This document shows, one piece after another, positions 13,959 through 27,545 of a stretch of DNA of 64,000 nt (position 1 is the stretch's first letter; each line of letters opens with the position of its first letter). This stretch comes from Octopus vulgaris (lineage: Eukaryota). The notes beneath the pieces are model-generated. The model did no database searches, had not been told where the DNA came from, and saw only the letters and a program-made list of their open reading frames with translations. The position numbers were made by a program, and so were the translations under genes. The stretch is from the NCBI GenBank assembly GCA_951406725.2, contig OX597816.1, positions 73,966,001 through 74,030,000 of the forward strand, read 5' to 3'.

Positions 13959-14355
13959 CAAACCTGGGCACCAAACCATTTATCCATTAATCGTTAATTA
14001 ATAAAGTTAATATTTTCATTAACAATTTAACTTTAGAATTAAATTTGGAAATCATTATGGGACTAATTAACTTCCGTTTCATTTAATTTCCATTAACTCA
14101 AGTCAACTTTAGTTAACTTCAATTCAATTGAAGTTAACGGATTTTATAGCTTTGGCACTTTTTAAAAGTGTTTTTAGGTGGGTTTTAGAGCAAAAACTGA
14201 TCTTTTTGTTTTTTGTTTCTATAATAAACATTAACGTTAACGATTTATCGATAACTTCTGTTACATCAGGAAATAATTAACTGATTAACAGTTATCGAAG
14301 TTAACTTTTTGGTTAACGGATTAACGATTGATGGAGTTAACAGTGCCCACTTTTG
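13959..14355. mobile_element. hAT-like MITE
   Basis: Imperfect TIRs CAAACCTGGGCAC / GTGCCCACTTTTG; reiterated GTTAAC and TTAACG subterminal motifs; possible decayed 8-bp TSD (CATATTAG/CGCATCAG). Confidence 0.55.
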
Positions 14356-14494
14356 CGCATCAGGTAATATTACGAAAGTAGTTATTGAAGACAGAAAATG
14401 TAGAAAGAATGTAAGCTATTGCATTTAATCATTGTGTACTATTCAAAGAAACAATTTAAGGTCCGTAGCTTTTATTGGATATGAAACTAGTATG

Positions 14495-15145
14495 TCATCA
14501 TCACCATCATTTAATGTCCGTTTTCCATGCTGGCATGGGTTGGACGGCTTGATCGAAAACAGGTAGGCTGTGGGAACTGCACCAGTTTCCAATCTGGTTT
14601 CTATGATTAGATGCCCTTCCTAATGCCAACTACTCCAAGAGTGTAGTGGGTACTTTTTAAGTGCCCCCAACACAGGTACCAGTTACACAGCACCAGCATC
14701 GGCCACAACTATAATTCCACTTGGCTTGACAGGTTTTCTGAAGCACTGCATATTGCCAAAGGTCTTGGTCATTTGTCATTGCCTCTGTAAGGCCCAATGT
14801 TTGAAGATCATACTTCACCACCTTGTCCCATGTCTCCCTGGGTCTACGTCTTCCACAAGTTCCCACCACCATTAGAGTTCAACACTTCTTCACACAACTG
14901 TCCTTGTCTTCACACATCACATGACCAAACTAGCAAAGTTGTCTCGCACAAAGTTGTCTTGCACAAAACATCTGATGAATCTTATGCCTAACTTTTCTCT
15001 CAAGATGCTTACATTCTGTCATACATGCATACTGACATTACACATCCAGCAAAGTATACTAGCCTCATTTCATTGAAACCTACACACATCCTCAGTGGTC
15101 ACAGCCCATGTTTCACTGCTGTGTAGCATGGCTGTTTGTATACAG
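14495..15145 (-). mobile_element. 5'-truncated RTE LINE with decayed ORF C-terminus
   Basis: Translation GTCGRRRPRETWDKVVKYDLQTLGLTEAMTNDQDLWQYAV matches the RTE C-terminus; 3' UTR and (CAT)n tail present. Confidence 0.88.
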
Positions 15146-15499
15146 CTCCCTAGATTAAACTGTCCAACCCATGCCAGCATGAAAAGCAGATGTTAAATGA
15201 ATATGGTTATGATGATGTAGCTGGGAGATGACACTTGCTTTTGATGATAAGAGTAATCTGGGATGTGTATTTAACCCAAGGCTGCTCTCTTCCAATTGGG
15301 TTGTTTCATTTTCTTTTATTATACATTGATATTTCTTTTACATCCCTGATTTTATTCATTCTCATTTCTATGTAAATCTCAACCATTTCTTCTGTAATGT
15401 GTCCTTGTAATCTTGCCGATCCTGTTGCCCTTGGCAGAAACAAAGAAATTCTGGTTATTATTGTTGTTGTTTGAGGTTAGGATGGTGAATTAGCAGAAC

Positions 15500-16057
15500 T
15501 GTCATGGTGGGTGTTGGTGTGGTTTGTTGTTGTTGTTGGCTGTGATGACTGAAGTGATGAATAAAAATGTATTCCTTGGGCTACGTGAATAAATAACTGA
15601 CAACACCCACAAACAACTAACACAAGATTTTATTATTGCGCACGGAGTTTTAACTGCATTGGTCTTTTACAAATAACAACAGAAATAATTACATACAGGG
15701 AGAGGGACATATCGCTTGGGGCTTACGACAAACTTACTAATACAGCAATCTATGGCTGTCCCATCAAATCTGGAATTCACTCATGGTGACGGTAATTCCT
15801 GCTTACTATTGCTCATATGTCTTAATCAGCTGGATGCAGCGAGAATGAAGACATAATGGATGGTTGCATCAGAACTCTGCAATTACTTTCAAAAAATGGC
15901 TTTTTATTGAGTGAAAAGAGAAGATTCTAGAAGATTGAATCACATGAGGGTCCAACACTGATTGGTTGCGTAATTGACTGATCATGTGAATCTACTGTGG
16001 TTTGGTCATGATGTCTCCTCAGCTACCAAGCAGTTTCAGCTTTGAATCACTGCTACA
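15500..16057 (-). mobile_element. probable solo LTR inserted in a SINE C head
   Basis: TGT...ACA termini; 4-bp flanks GAAC/GAAT; splits the SINE C head (GATGGTGAATTAGCA | CATTAGAACATT); AATAAA on the minus strand. Confidence 0.55.
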
Positions 16058-16682
16058 GAATCATTAGAACATTAAACAAAATACTTTGTGGTATTTATTT
16101 ATTTTTTTTTTTACATTCTGAGTCCAAATCCCACAATGTCGACATTGTCTTTCATTCTCCCAGAAATCAATGAAATAAAGTACCAGTTAAGTACTGGGGT
16201 GAATGGTAAATGACTAACTCCCCAACTCCTCAAAATCACTGGCATTTTTTTTAAAATCATGAACCACAAAAAGCACCATCATCATCATCATAATCATTAT
16301 CATTTTAGAACATCAGAAAAAAATGGTGACACTTCACATTCAGGGTTCAAATCTGCCAAGATCAATTTACGAAATGTTGTTCAGCATTTTTTCCATCAAA
16401 CTATAGCTTCTGCCAGTTTGACACCTTTGGTTCCAAATTTTGGCACAAAGCCAGCAATTTTAATGGAAAGAGGGAAGTTGGTTTCATTCACCACAATACT
16501 CACTCGGTCCTGTATTTTATCATCCTCAAAAGGGTAAACACAAAACTAACTTTAATGGGATTAAATACAGTTTCCACAGAACTGGAATGAATACCACAAG
16601 GTATTTTTATCTGATATTCTATCAACTCTGCCTGTCAACCACTTTGAATCTACCAATAATAGAATCATTTTCTAATCAGAAC

Positions 16683-16880
16683 CACATGTCCTAATTTTTA
16701 CTCACATGACCCTGTGCCCTAGTTTTTACCTCATGCATCCAAGATTTTGCCACATGTCTTAGTTTCTGCTACATGTGCCCCAGTTTTTAACACATCCTAG
16801 TTTTTCCACATGTATCCAGTTTTTGCTACATGTCCTAGTTTTTTTGCATGTGTTTTAGTTTTTGCCATGTCCCCAAATTT
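16683..16880. repeat. ~20-22-bp minisatellite (CCACATGTCCTAGTTTTTG-like)
   Basis: About 9 degenerate tandem units. Confidence 0.75.
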
Positions 16881-17253
16881 TAGAATAGATTCAACACATG
16901 TCCCTGCACATTGTAAGTGGTGACACCACAAAGAACATTTCCTTGTAAAGAAAAAACACTGCCTCAGAAAAACCTGTCCGACACATACCAGTAAGGAAAA
17001 GCAGACATAAAATGATGATGATGATGATGATGAAGAGGAGGAGGAGCAGCAGCAGCAGCAGCAGCAGCAGCAACTTCCCTGGTATAAAAGTAGGAAATTG
17101 TAATTAGAAATAACATGGTCATGTGGTTAAGAAACTCACTTTGCAAAAGTGTGCTTCCAGGTTCAGTCCCACTCTGTGACTTCTTGGACAGTGACTTCTA
17201 CGATAGACTTGTAAGTGAATTTGGCAGACAGAAACTGAGTGGAAACCCATCAT

Positions 17254-17289
<36 letters not shown>

Positions 17290-17703
17290 TCTCTTTTCCT
17301 TTCCTTTTCATCTTCTCTTCTTTTTTCCCCCTTTTCTTTTTTTCTTTTTTTTTCTCACACCCTTTAAATTTTTTTCTCATGCCTTGTGAATTTTTTTAAC
17401 TTTCATACGCCGTATGTCATTATTTTGCCTTTCACTCTCCTTTTTTTTTGGTTTTTCTCCTTTTTCAAACATGCTTGATTACAAATCTTTCCTCCTCCAC
17501 CTTCACCACAGCCTAAAGAAACACCTTTCCACACTTCATTTCTGCTGCCTTCAACCATCTATTAATCTTACCCTACTAATTTTCAAAATAACAGTTTTCT
17601 AGCCATGTTTTCCTCACCAATTACCTTTTTCCAACCAGTCGCCATCATTGAACACTAAATCCACAAGATTTTTAAGTCTTTCTCTGTTTATTTTCTTTTA
17701 TTC

Positions 17704-17739
17704 CTTTCTGTTGAAAAGCATAGGCTTGAAATGTAAAAG
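17704..17739 (+). ncRNA. degenerate minimal hammerhead-like motif in a Penelope-like 3' fragment
   Basis: CTTT-CTGTTGA-A-AAGC(atag)GCTT-GAAA-TG-TA-AAAG; stems I and II pair; related copy at 29079-29114. Confidence 0.5.
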
Positions 17740-18191
17740 ACTTTCTCACCTTCCTGAGTGTTAAACTAATACACCTGCTTGTTGTTTATACACTTGTCTT
17801 CGTCTTTTGTTTTTCTGAGCCCCATGCTGGTAGCATGTAAAAAGCACCATCCGAATGTCACTGATGCCAGTACCACCTTGATTGGCTTCCAAGCCAGTGG
17901 CATGTAAAAAGTGCCATCCGATTGTGGTTGATGCCTGCTCCTCTGGCACCTTGTGCCAGTGGCACATAGAAAGCACCCACTCCAAGAGTGTACTCTTGGA
18001 GTGGTTGGCGTTAGGAAGGGCATCCAGCTGCAGAAACATTACCAGATCAGATTGGGGCCTGGTGCAGCATTCTGGCTTCCCAGACCCCAGTCGAATCATC
18101 CGACCCATGCCAGCATGGAAAATGGACGTTAAATGATGATGATGATGATGATGATATATATATATATATAATTCTTCTTTGGAAATGGTGA

Positions 18192-18337
18192 ATCTCAAAG
18201 GAGACAAAGCTATAAATGACAGCATGGAAATATTGGGTCAAAAAACTACTTTAGTTAGAAATAGTCAAAGACTACCTGACTTTTTTCATCCAAATCGTTT
18301 TATATGCTATCATTTATAGCTTTGTCTGCTTCGAGAT
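18192..18337. mobile_element. small foldback/MITE-like element
   Basis: 34-bp terminal inverted repeat (31/34 identical), degenerate further inward; flanked by tail-to-tail RTE fragments. Confidence 0.6.
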
Positions 18338-18609
18338 CAACATCATCATCATCATCATCATCATCATTTAATGACCACTTTCCATGCTGGCATGTGTTGG
18401 ACGCTTTTTGATTGAGGACTAGCAAGCTGGGAGGCTGCACCAAGCTCCAATCTGATCTGACAAGGTGTCTATAGCTGAATGCCTTTCCTCATGCCAACCA
18501 CTCCAAGAGTGTAGTGGGTGCTTTTTATGTTCAACCAGCACTGGCATTCTCAAAAAGAATTATTTCACATACTCTTAAAATTTACAATTCCTATGATTTA
18601 TATATATAT

Positions 18610-18763
18610 ATATATAATTGTTTAAGAGGACAACAAACGTTAAGGCAAGGTAGAAACATCTCAAGTCGTATACAATATTAATATTGGAAATAGTAATATT
18701 GTATACGACATGAGATGTTTCTACTTGCGTTAACGTTTGTTGTCCTCTTAAACAATTATATAT
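18610..18763. repeat. near-perfect ~70-bp-arm palindrome in (TA)n
   Basis: AATTGTTTAAGAGGACAACAAACGTTAA...TTAACGTTTGTTGTCCTCTTAAACAATT; loop ~13 nt. Confidence 0.9.
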
Positions 18764-18949
18764 CTGCTGAATCAGAAATCTGCAATGGCTTCGTAACTAC
18801 CATCTCGGCTATAACATTGGAGCCCTAGTAATCTACTACAGCACTTACCCAGCGTACCTAATCATTTAGATCACCTGTGAACTAAACCCCCATACTTTGT
18901 AAATATATTTATATGTATATATATATATATATATACATATAAATATATT

Positions 18950-19215
18950 GGCCTCCGTGCCGGTGGCACATAAAAAGCACCATCCGATCGTGGCCGTTTG
19001 CCAGCCTCGTCTGGCACCTGTGCCGGTGGCACGTAAAAAGCACCCACTACACTCATGGAGTGGTTGGCGTTAGGAAGGGCATCCAGCCGTAAAAACATTG
19101 CTAGATCAGACTGGGCCTGGTGCAGCCTTCTGGCTTCCCAGACCCCAGTTGCACCGTCCAACCCATGCCACCATGGAAAGCGGATGCTAAACGATGATGA
19201 TGATGATGATAATGA

Positions 19216-19218
<3 letters not shown>
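18950..19218 (+). mobile_element. young RTE LINE 3' end
   Basis: CpG-rich copy of the RTE UTR ending GGATGCTAAACGATGATGAT. Confidence 0.85.
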
Positions 19219-19272
<54 letters not shown>

Positions 19273-19958
19273 TGTATGAGTATTTTTGTATTTGTCTTCT
19301 CCTGCTTGAGAACTGGTGTTGACTTGTTTACGTTCCCTTTTCCCCCATAACCTAGCAGTTCAGCAAAAGAAACTGATGAAGTACAACACCTAATAAATAA
19401 AGTGCTGGGAGCAATTAGTTCACCTAAGCACTCAAAGGCAGTGCCCTAGCTTGGCCGCAGTCCAATGACTGGAACAAGCAAAAGATAAACGATCAGAAAA
19501 TGCAAGAGAATTGGTGTGGGTGGGGCAGAGAGAATGAAAAAGTAATAGAAAATGCTATAATGATTTATCAGAAACATTATATGTAATTAATTAGCTAATT
19601 AGTTAATTACATAGACTAATGTTTTAATCCCTTAGTTAAGCTGAAATATCTCAATGTTGTAATTAAATATCTTGTGTAAAGGAAAAAAAAAAGGAAAAAC
19701 AACCTTTAAATAAGTTAACGAAAGCATTGTTCCTCAGCTAATAAGTATAAACGAAATTATAAATTAAGTTTTTAATGTGTGCCATGGCACAGAAATTCCT
19801 GTAATCATTATGGTAATGGTGAGAATAATTGCAGAATTGTTACATCATCTTTAGTAAATTTGGAACAAAGATTATCCTGATAAAACTGGAACACAGCAAA
19901 AATATAGAGAATAATTTGTATATTATATACATATACAATGTATACAGTTATATATATA

Positions 19959-20350
19959 CTAGCAGAGATACCCGGCGTTGCAATTGAAGAATTAGACTTT
20001 TCTGTTATATTTTCCGTAATGAACTGGAATATCTATGTTTTGAATTTCATCAAAATTGCAGATGAGGGTTATTTCCCTCTTTACACACCCTAAAAAAATT
20101 GTAATCATGCCACATGTATCCCATACTACTGATTTTTATGCGCATATTCCAAAATTCCAGTCTTATTGAACCTGTTAAAAAGATTTTGCTCCTGAAAAAT
20201 GAAGGTCATGGAGCTCTAAAATGTGAGAGTTAAGGCCCCAGTTGGGGGGGGGGGGGCATCTTAATGTCAACCAGAGAAGTTGAATTGTTGAGAATCTTTT
20301 TAACTTGGGTCTTATATCTATTGTTTGAATTTCCTTGAAATAGGAAATAT
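19959..20350 (-). mobile_element. Helitron-like 3' terminus fragment
   Basis: Minus strand reads GCAACGCCGGG-TATCTCTG-CTAG|T within (TA)n. Confidence 0.5.
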
Positions 20351-20729
20351 ATATTCACAGGAAACCAAAAGACGAATGATCACAATAAGCAGTCAGTTAC
20401 CCTATCCTAGTCGTTACCACTCCCAATGTAGGATTCCTCACCATCCAGGTGACAGGCACAGCCGTAAGATGCATTACAAATCTATAGCAATTGGAAGGGC
20501 GTGACCCAACTGAAATAAACATCAACAACTGTGTGATGTGAGGGCTAAGGAGAAATGAAAGTTTCACCTCTGGAGTTTGCAAATGACAACTATACTGATA
20601 TGTAACTGGACAGAATAAATTTAGAATCTATAAATGTCTTTGAATAACCAGTCACTCATCTGGGAAGGCCTTGAAATCAATGTTACCATCTGGGGACTAT
20701 GTGCGACCCAGTGATAATAAAAAGACTGA

Positions 20730-20945
20730 AAGGAGGTCTGCAATCAAATAACTTTGCAACTGAAACAGTGGAGGCAAAGATGGCTCTCATTTACTTGACA
20801 ATTTATGCACCACATTGCAGAAATCACAATGTAAGTGTATGTCAAAGCAAACTGTTACACTGTCATACCATTGAATTACAAATAATGCTCATCTTTTATG
20901 CTCAGGTAACCCTACAGCTTCCAAGAGCACAACTGTATTCCTTTT
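20730..20945 (+). pseudogene. highly decayed Helitron/Pif1-type helicase fragment
   Basis: With frameshifts reads GLQSNN-LQLK-VEAKMAL-LLDNL...KLLHCHTIELQIM...TLQLPR, resembling the Helitron helicase pattern GLPPHxLxLKVGAPIMLLRNL...VIEATI...VLIPR; aligned by eye only. Confidence 0.35.
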
Positions 20946-22149
20946 TGCTTAGATAAAATGACAAAATTGTGGGTGTTAAGTCCCCATGGAGGGGTCTTTG
21001 TAACTTGTAAGAAGATGAAATTTTATAAATATTACTTCATTTGTGTCTCATATGTATGGTTAAAATTTCATCAACAGCAAAAATATATGAATTGTCAAGG
21101 GGGTTATGGCCCTTATGTATAGATGTATTTCTATAGATATAGATGTATATGTATACATGTATGTGTAGATGTATATATAGATGTACATGTAATATGTACA
21201 CATATATATACACATATATACATGCATACATATATACACCCATACACACATACACACACACATACATAGGTGCAGGTGTGGCTGTGTGGTAACAAACTTG
21301 GTTCCAAAACACACGGTCCTCAGTTCAGTCCCACTGTGTGGTAACTTGGCATGTGTCTTCTGCTATAGCCTAGACCAACCAAAGCCTTGTCAGTGGATTT
21401 TGTAGGCAGAAACTGAAAGAAATCAATTGTATATATATGTATGTATATATGTAAGTCTATGAGACACTGCCTAGTGCTTTTTTTAAATTTTGATAAGCCT
21501 GGTACTTATTCTAACAGTTTCTTCTTGTGAAACCAGTAAGTTATGGGGATGTAAATAAACGAACACCAGTTGTGAAGCAGTGATGAGGGAGAAACACAAA
21601 GACACACACAGAAGCCTTATTAATAAAGTATATCTATAATATAAATTGGACATGGGCAATCATTGTATTCTTTCGAGTCTTGAGGTTCACAGCCAAATGG
21701 CTAGGTGGATTTGTGTGAAAAATGCTACACATGTGGAGATGGGTGCATAGATTGGAATGCAATTTGTATTTTTTTCCTAGCACCCATACTTACCAAGAAA
21801 ATCGATTAAAACTTTTTCTAATGGAATTCTCGTTTGTTCTGCCATTAAAACAACCAGTTGCTCACACAGTTGGTATATACCATTTTGCTAGCAACAAGGG
21901 AAGTACAGGATGATAGTCAGCCAAAACTTTCGCTCTCTTCTTTCACCTCTTTGTGGGGTTAATAATCTTAATCATTAGTTACAGTTTCTCATTCAAACTA
22001 CATAATAGGTAGAATTGTCGGATTAAGACAGTAGGGTGTTTTGGGTGAGATTTGCCTGCTATTTCTACCAGATTTAGCTACTATGTACAGGTCTGAACAT
22101 AATTTTCATTCACATATACCTAACCAAAAATGATCACAGCCACATCATC

Positions 22150-22184
22150 CAAACAGACCGGGTGAAACCGGGCTTAGCTGCTAG
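22150..22184 (+). mobile_element. Helitron-like 3' end
   Basis: Hairpin CCGGGTGAAACCGG followed ~10 nt later by CTAG|T. Confidence 0.55.
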
Positions 22185-22686
22185 TATATATATAAAATGA
22201 TTAAAATTTCCCACAAAGGAATTATTTTGATTTGAAAACCCCACTAGAATGGGAGAAAGCGCTAATGATCTGAATGATATGATATATATGTAAAAAATGT
22301 AATATATAAATAAATATCTGTAAATATGAACCATCCGATCTTCTGATTACCTCATTTCTTCTAATATATATATATATACATATAATCATCATCATTTACC
22401 GTCCATTTTCCATGCTGGCATGGGTTGGACAGTTTGACTGAGGTTTGGAGAGCCAGTGACTGCACCAGGCTCCACTCTGATTTGGCAATGTTTCTACAGC
22501 TGGATGCCCTCCCTAATGCCAACCACTCTGAGAGTGTAGTGGGTACCTTTTACGTGCCACTGGCACAGGAGCCAGTCAGGGGGTACTGGCATTGGCCACG
22601 TTCGGATGGCGCTTTTTATGTGCCACCAGCACAGGAGCCAGTCAGGCAGCTCTGGCTTCAATCACATTTGGATGGTGCTACAAACA

Positions 22687-22718
<32 letters not shown>

Positions 22719-23974
22719 TACACATACATGCACATGTGTGTGTGTATGTGTGTGTGTATGCACTGATTCATAGATCTATACAACTGAATTATATATACAA
22801 CTAGCTTCTTTGATATAATGTTCAATGATATCCGGACACTTGCTATATACAGATTCTCCATGCATGCACGCACTCATGCACACACACACACACACACACA
22901 CACCTGTTTATAGTAATTCAGAGCAGGATATAATTCAATTATATGTGGGTGATTAATTCAGAAGGGAAACTCGTTTATAAGACAGAACCAATATTGTGGA
23001 TTTTAGTGTGAGCATATGCTTGTGGGTGTGTATATGAAAATATATGTATGTACACACACACACATATATAAATTGATTTCAAATTTTGGCACAAGGCCAG
23101 CAAGATCGAGTGAGTTGGGTAAGTCGATTACATTGACCCCTGTGCTCAACTGGTACTTATTTTATTGACCCCAAAGATATGACCTTAGCAGAATTTGAAC
23201 TCTGACCGTAGCAGAATTTGAACTCAGAACATGAAGACAAGCAAAATGCCACTAACCATTTTTCTCAGCATGCTGACGGTTCTGCCAGCTCACCACCTGA
23301 ATCCTCATCATCAACATCATCATCATCATCATTTAATGTCTGTTTTCCATGCTGGCATGAGTTGGATGGTTTAACTGAGGTCTGGCAAGTCAGAAGGCTG
23401 TACCAAGCTCCAATCTGATCGGGCAATGTTTTTACAGCTGGATGCCCTTCCTACCGCCAACCACTCCAAGAGTGTAGTGGGTACTTTTTGCATGCTATCA
23501 GCACAGGAGCCAGTCAGGCAGCTCTGGCATCGATCACGCTTGAATGGTGCTTTTTACATGCCACCAGGCATGGGAACCAGTCAGGTGGCCCTGGCAACAG
23601 CCACGTTTGGATGGTGTTTTTTACGTGCCATATAAAACTATAAGAAATGATATTAGTGTTATAGTATGTGGAGTGATGTGTGTGTGTGTGCACGCACAGT
23701 GTTGTTAGTATGGTGGTGTGGTCAATCTAACCCAGCCTCAGGGGTCTGTGAAAATCATTAGCAATTAACACAACCGCCCTCTCCTCTAAACTAAACCACG
23801 AAACAAATAATATGAATAAAATAAAATAAAACAAAAAAGCATAAATATAATACAGTAAAATATAAATTTGTGTTTTTGCAAAAGCAATTATTTCGTTCAA
23901 CTCCATTAAGAAGCAATTGTTGTAATTAGCAATTAATTGTTCTTGTTTCTGTGCTCCTTTGATCAACTTGGATA

Positions 23975-24390
23975 CAACATCATCAGCATCATCAACATCA
24001 TCAACATCAGCAACAACATCACTTATTGCTGTTGTGTTTTTTCACATTCGCACAAACATCATCATTTTCATTGCTGTCATCATTGTCAGACTCATTCATA
24101 GCATCATTATTATCGCTATTCATTGCTGTCACGTTCATGATCATCATCCTGTCATCACCGTCATCATTGTCATAATCATCATCATCATTATCATTATCGT
24201 TATCTCTGTCATCATCATTACCATAACCATAGCAATCATCATCATCATTACCATCATCCTCTACATCATTGCTGTTGCCATCATCATCATTGTTACTACA
24301 TTCGCCATCATCACCACCATCACCAGCATCCCCACCATCATCAGCGACATCATTTTCAACATCATCATTATCATCATCATATCGATCATC
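23975..24390. repeat. degenerate (CAT)n tract
   Basis: Read directly; poly-I/D pseudo-ORFs. Confidence 0.9.
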
Positions 24391-24872
24391 CCCCACCATT
24401 CCCCTCCACTACCATCATTCCTACCCCACTCCCACCCGCACATTTACATCCATACTACTTAGATGTCGTCTTATCACAAAATTGGCATGGTTTACATCGG
24501 AATCTTTCATTATATATGATTAATTCCAGGCAGTTGACCAGAAAAACAAAAATCAAAAAAAAAAAAAGGAAGAAAAAGAGTGCAGGAGATTCTGCCTGAC
24601 TTTCCGTGACTGGCGCCAAAAGTAGAAATAATCTGTGGTGCCATAAACCTGGAATTGATTTTTAAGGATAGAATATACAGAGAAGAGTAAATGAGAGATT
24701 AAAGATGTATTTTGCATCATAATCCTTTATAATGGTCTTAAACATGTGTGTGCATGTATATGTGTGTGTGTGTGTGTGTGGAGATATATGCATATACAAA
24801 TGTATACATGTATACATATACATACACACATATATATTATATATAGATATACATAGATGCATACATAATATA

Positions 24873-25691
24873 AAGGGTGTGGTGAATAAACTGTCATCTA
24901 AATTACGCAAAAATGAAAATAACACTGACATCTCATTTTAACAGATATATTTACCAAAATTATACAAAAATATCTTGAAATACTAAGGAGTAAATCTATT
25001 CAATAAAATCGCCATTGGCTTCAACCACGGCCTCCAGACGACTTCGGAATCTCCTGCAACTCTTTTGGACAGTCTCCTTGTTTAAGTCGGTGAATGCTGC
25101 CATAATCCTTGCCTTCAGTTCATCTTTGGTGTTACAAGGAATTTTGTTGGTCTCTCACTTAACTCTCACTCACATAATAATCAAGGGGGTTGCAGTCTGG
25201 AGAGTTAGGTGGCCAGTTGTTAGGGCTGATGTGGTCACAGAATGGGTTCTCCTACTTCTGTGGTGTGGTGCAGAGTCCTGTTGCCGGACATAGGGTCTTC
25301 AAGCAGCCACCCTCTTGACCCAGGGCAGTACTACATCCTCTAGGCACTTGATGTAGACCTCTGTGTTGAGTCTGAGGCCGTGTGCGAAGATGAATGCAGA
25401 CATAATGTTGCCATTACTAGTGGTCACTCCAAACACCATGATGTTGCCTGGATGTTTGATTTTTATCACTCTCAGTACATGTATGGAATGGAACTTCTGG
25501 TGAAAATGCCACGCAATACAGCATGTTGTTTTCAAATTTCTGGCAAAGTGAATTGAATCATCATGCTGTTTTTCTCACAGACAGTGCCCAACTGACCCTA
25601 CTATACTGTGTAGTCAACAAATCCAAAACAAACAATGTGCATACGTGAAATTGCAAATATAAAATGTCGACAATTTACCCATTGCACCCTG
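24873..25691 (-). mobile_element. internally deleted Tc1/mariner (maT/DD37D-like) transposon
   Basis: Minus-strand remnants MVFGV...YIKCLEDVVLPW...QQDSAP and WPPNSPDCNPLDYY...RFRSRLEAVVEANGDFIE*; TIRs (C/A)AGGGTG.../...CACCCTG with TA flanks. Confidence 0.88.
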
Positions 25692-25739
25692 TAGATAGAT
25701 ACATATACAATATATATAGGAACATATAGATACACACAT

Positions 25740-25787
<48 letters not shown>

Positions 25788-26114
25788 ACATATATATATA
25801 TACATATATATATACATATATACATATATACACACACACATATAAACACCCACACATGCATGCATACACGCACGCATGTGCTAACACACACACACACACA
25901 CATAGTTGTGCTTAGGGGCAGGAGTGGCTACACATAAGAATAGCTACATGGAATCACAGGCATAGCAATGTGGTTTGGAAGCTTGCTCCCCAACCATGTG
26001 GTCTCAGTTTCCATCCCATTGCATGGCACCTTAGGCAAGTGGCTTGTACTATATACCTGGGCTGACCAAAATCTGTTGAGTGGGTTTGATAGACTGAAAC
26101 CAAAGGAAGACTAT

Positions 26115-26179
<65 letters not shown>

Positions 26180-27227
26180 ATGCGTGCGTGAAATTGCATG
26201 TGGATGTGAAATTAACAAACACATGCACACACACACACACACATTGTCATTCTCTCAAATCCAAGGGTGCTGAGTTGTCTTTCTTTTAGTTAGGGATGGC
26301 CTCCAACAGATTTTGTTGTGAACCTTTATTTGGCTTTTGCAACTCTTGACCAACTGAACACCCTCACCAACATTACTGTTTCAAATCTGAGAACTCATCG
26401 AACCAGTTACTCAGTTCCCATGGTATATATGTGACTGATGTCATAACGTAACCCATGAATAGGATGCCAGTCCATCATAGGGTAACTCATCTACAGATGA
26501 GTTGACTACAACAATGTAAAATGAAGAATTTTGCTCAAGAACACAATGCACCACCCAGTCTGCAAATTGAAACCACAATCTTGCAATCACAAATGCAAGA
26601 TCCTACCAACCAGGCCAGCGTTTTGTCATGACCCACAGTTTGAAATACGCTTCACTTCGTCATACACCGTCATTACTTCCTGTTTTATTGCTCAAATAAA
26701 AGAGCAACGGTCATCATTAACTGAGTCATGGAGATGATTATACACAACACAAATAATTTGTTCTGCTGTCTGAAAATACAGGATAGAATTAGTCTGCTGT
26801 TGTTGCAGCTGCATATGATGGTTATGTCGGGAGGAAATACTTTATCTTGCAGTCACTTTCACATATAGGTTATCATCATCATCATCATCATCATCATCAT
26901 CTACATTCCGTCTTCCTTGCTGGCATGGATTGAACAATTTGACAGGAGCTGGCAAGCTGGAAAGTGGCACCAGGCTCCTCTGTTCTGGGACAGTTTCAGC
27001 AGCTGCATACCTTTCATACCCTTCCTGACGTAAACCACTTTACAGTGTGTATTGGGTGCTTTTTACATGGCACTTTTTATGTGGCACCAGCATGGAAGCT
27101 TTTTACATTGTGCAAGGATGGGTACTTTTTACATGACATCAGAACAAGTGCTTTATATGTGGCACCAGCAAGAATATCCTTACAAATTTATTCCAATTGA
27201 TTCAATATTTGATTTAAAAAATGTTTT

Positions 27228-27545
27228 AAAAGCAGGGAGTGATATGCAGTGATATACATCTGGAAAATAGAACAAGGCACCACTGCATAGTGCCAAAGAT
27301 CCCAACATTGTCACCAAGATACAAGACTAGATGCTGCAACAGATAGGGTTTCAAGGGCCCACAGCTCTTCAATATCCTTCCAAAATGCCTGAGAAACCAG
27401 CATGGAGTGGATGTAGGTGCCTTCAAAACAAAACTGGATCTCCTCCTGTCAAGGGTTCTAGATGAGCCTACCTCACGACAGGAAACACAGATGAGGGCAA
27501 CAGCATAAAACCCCCTCATTCACGAAATGCCAGAGAAGGTTTGAA
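27228..27545 (+). mobile_element. CR1/L2-group LINE ORF2 C-terminal remnant
   Basis: Translates to GFKGPQLFNILPKCLRNQHGVDVGAFKTKLDLLLSRVLDEP, a typical CR1-group C-terminal motif; stops present. Confidence 0.7.
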
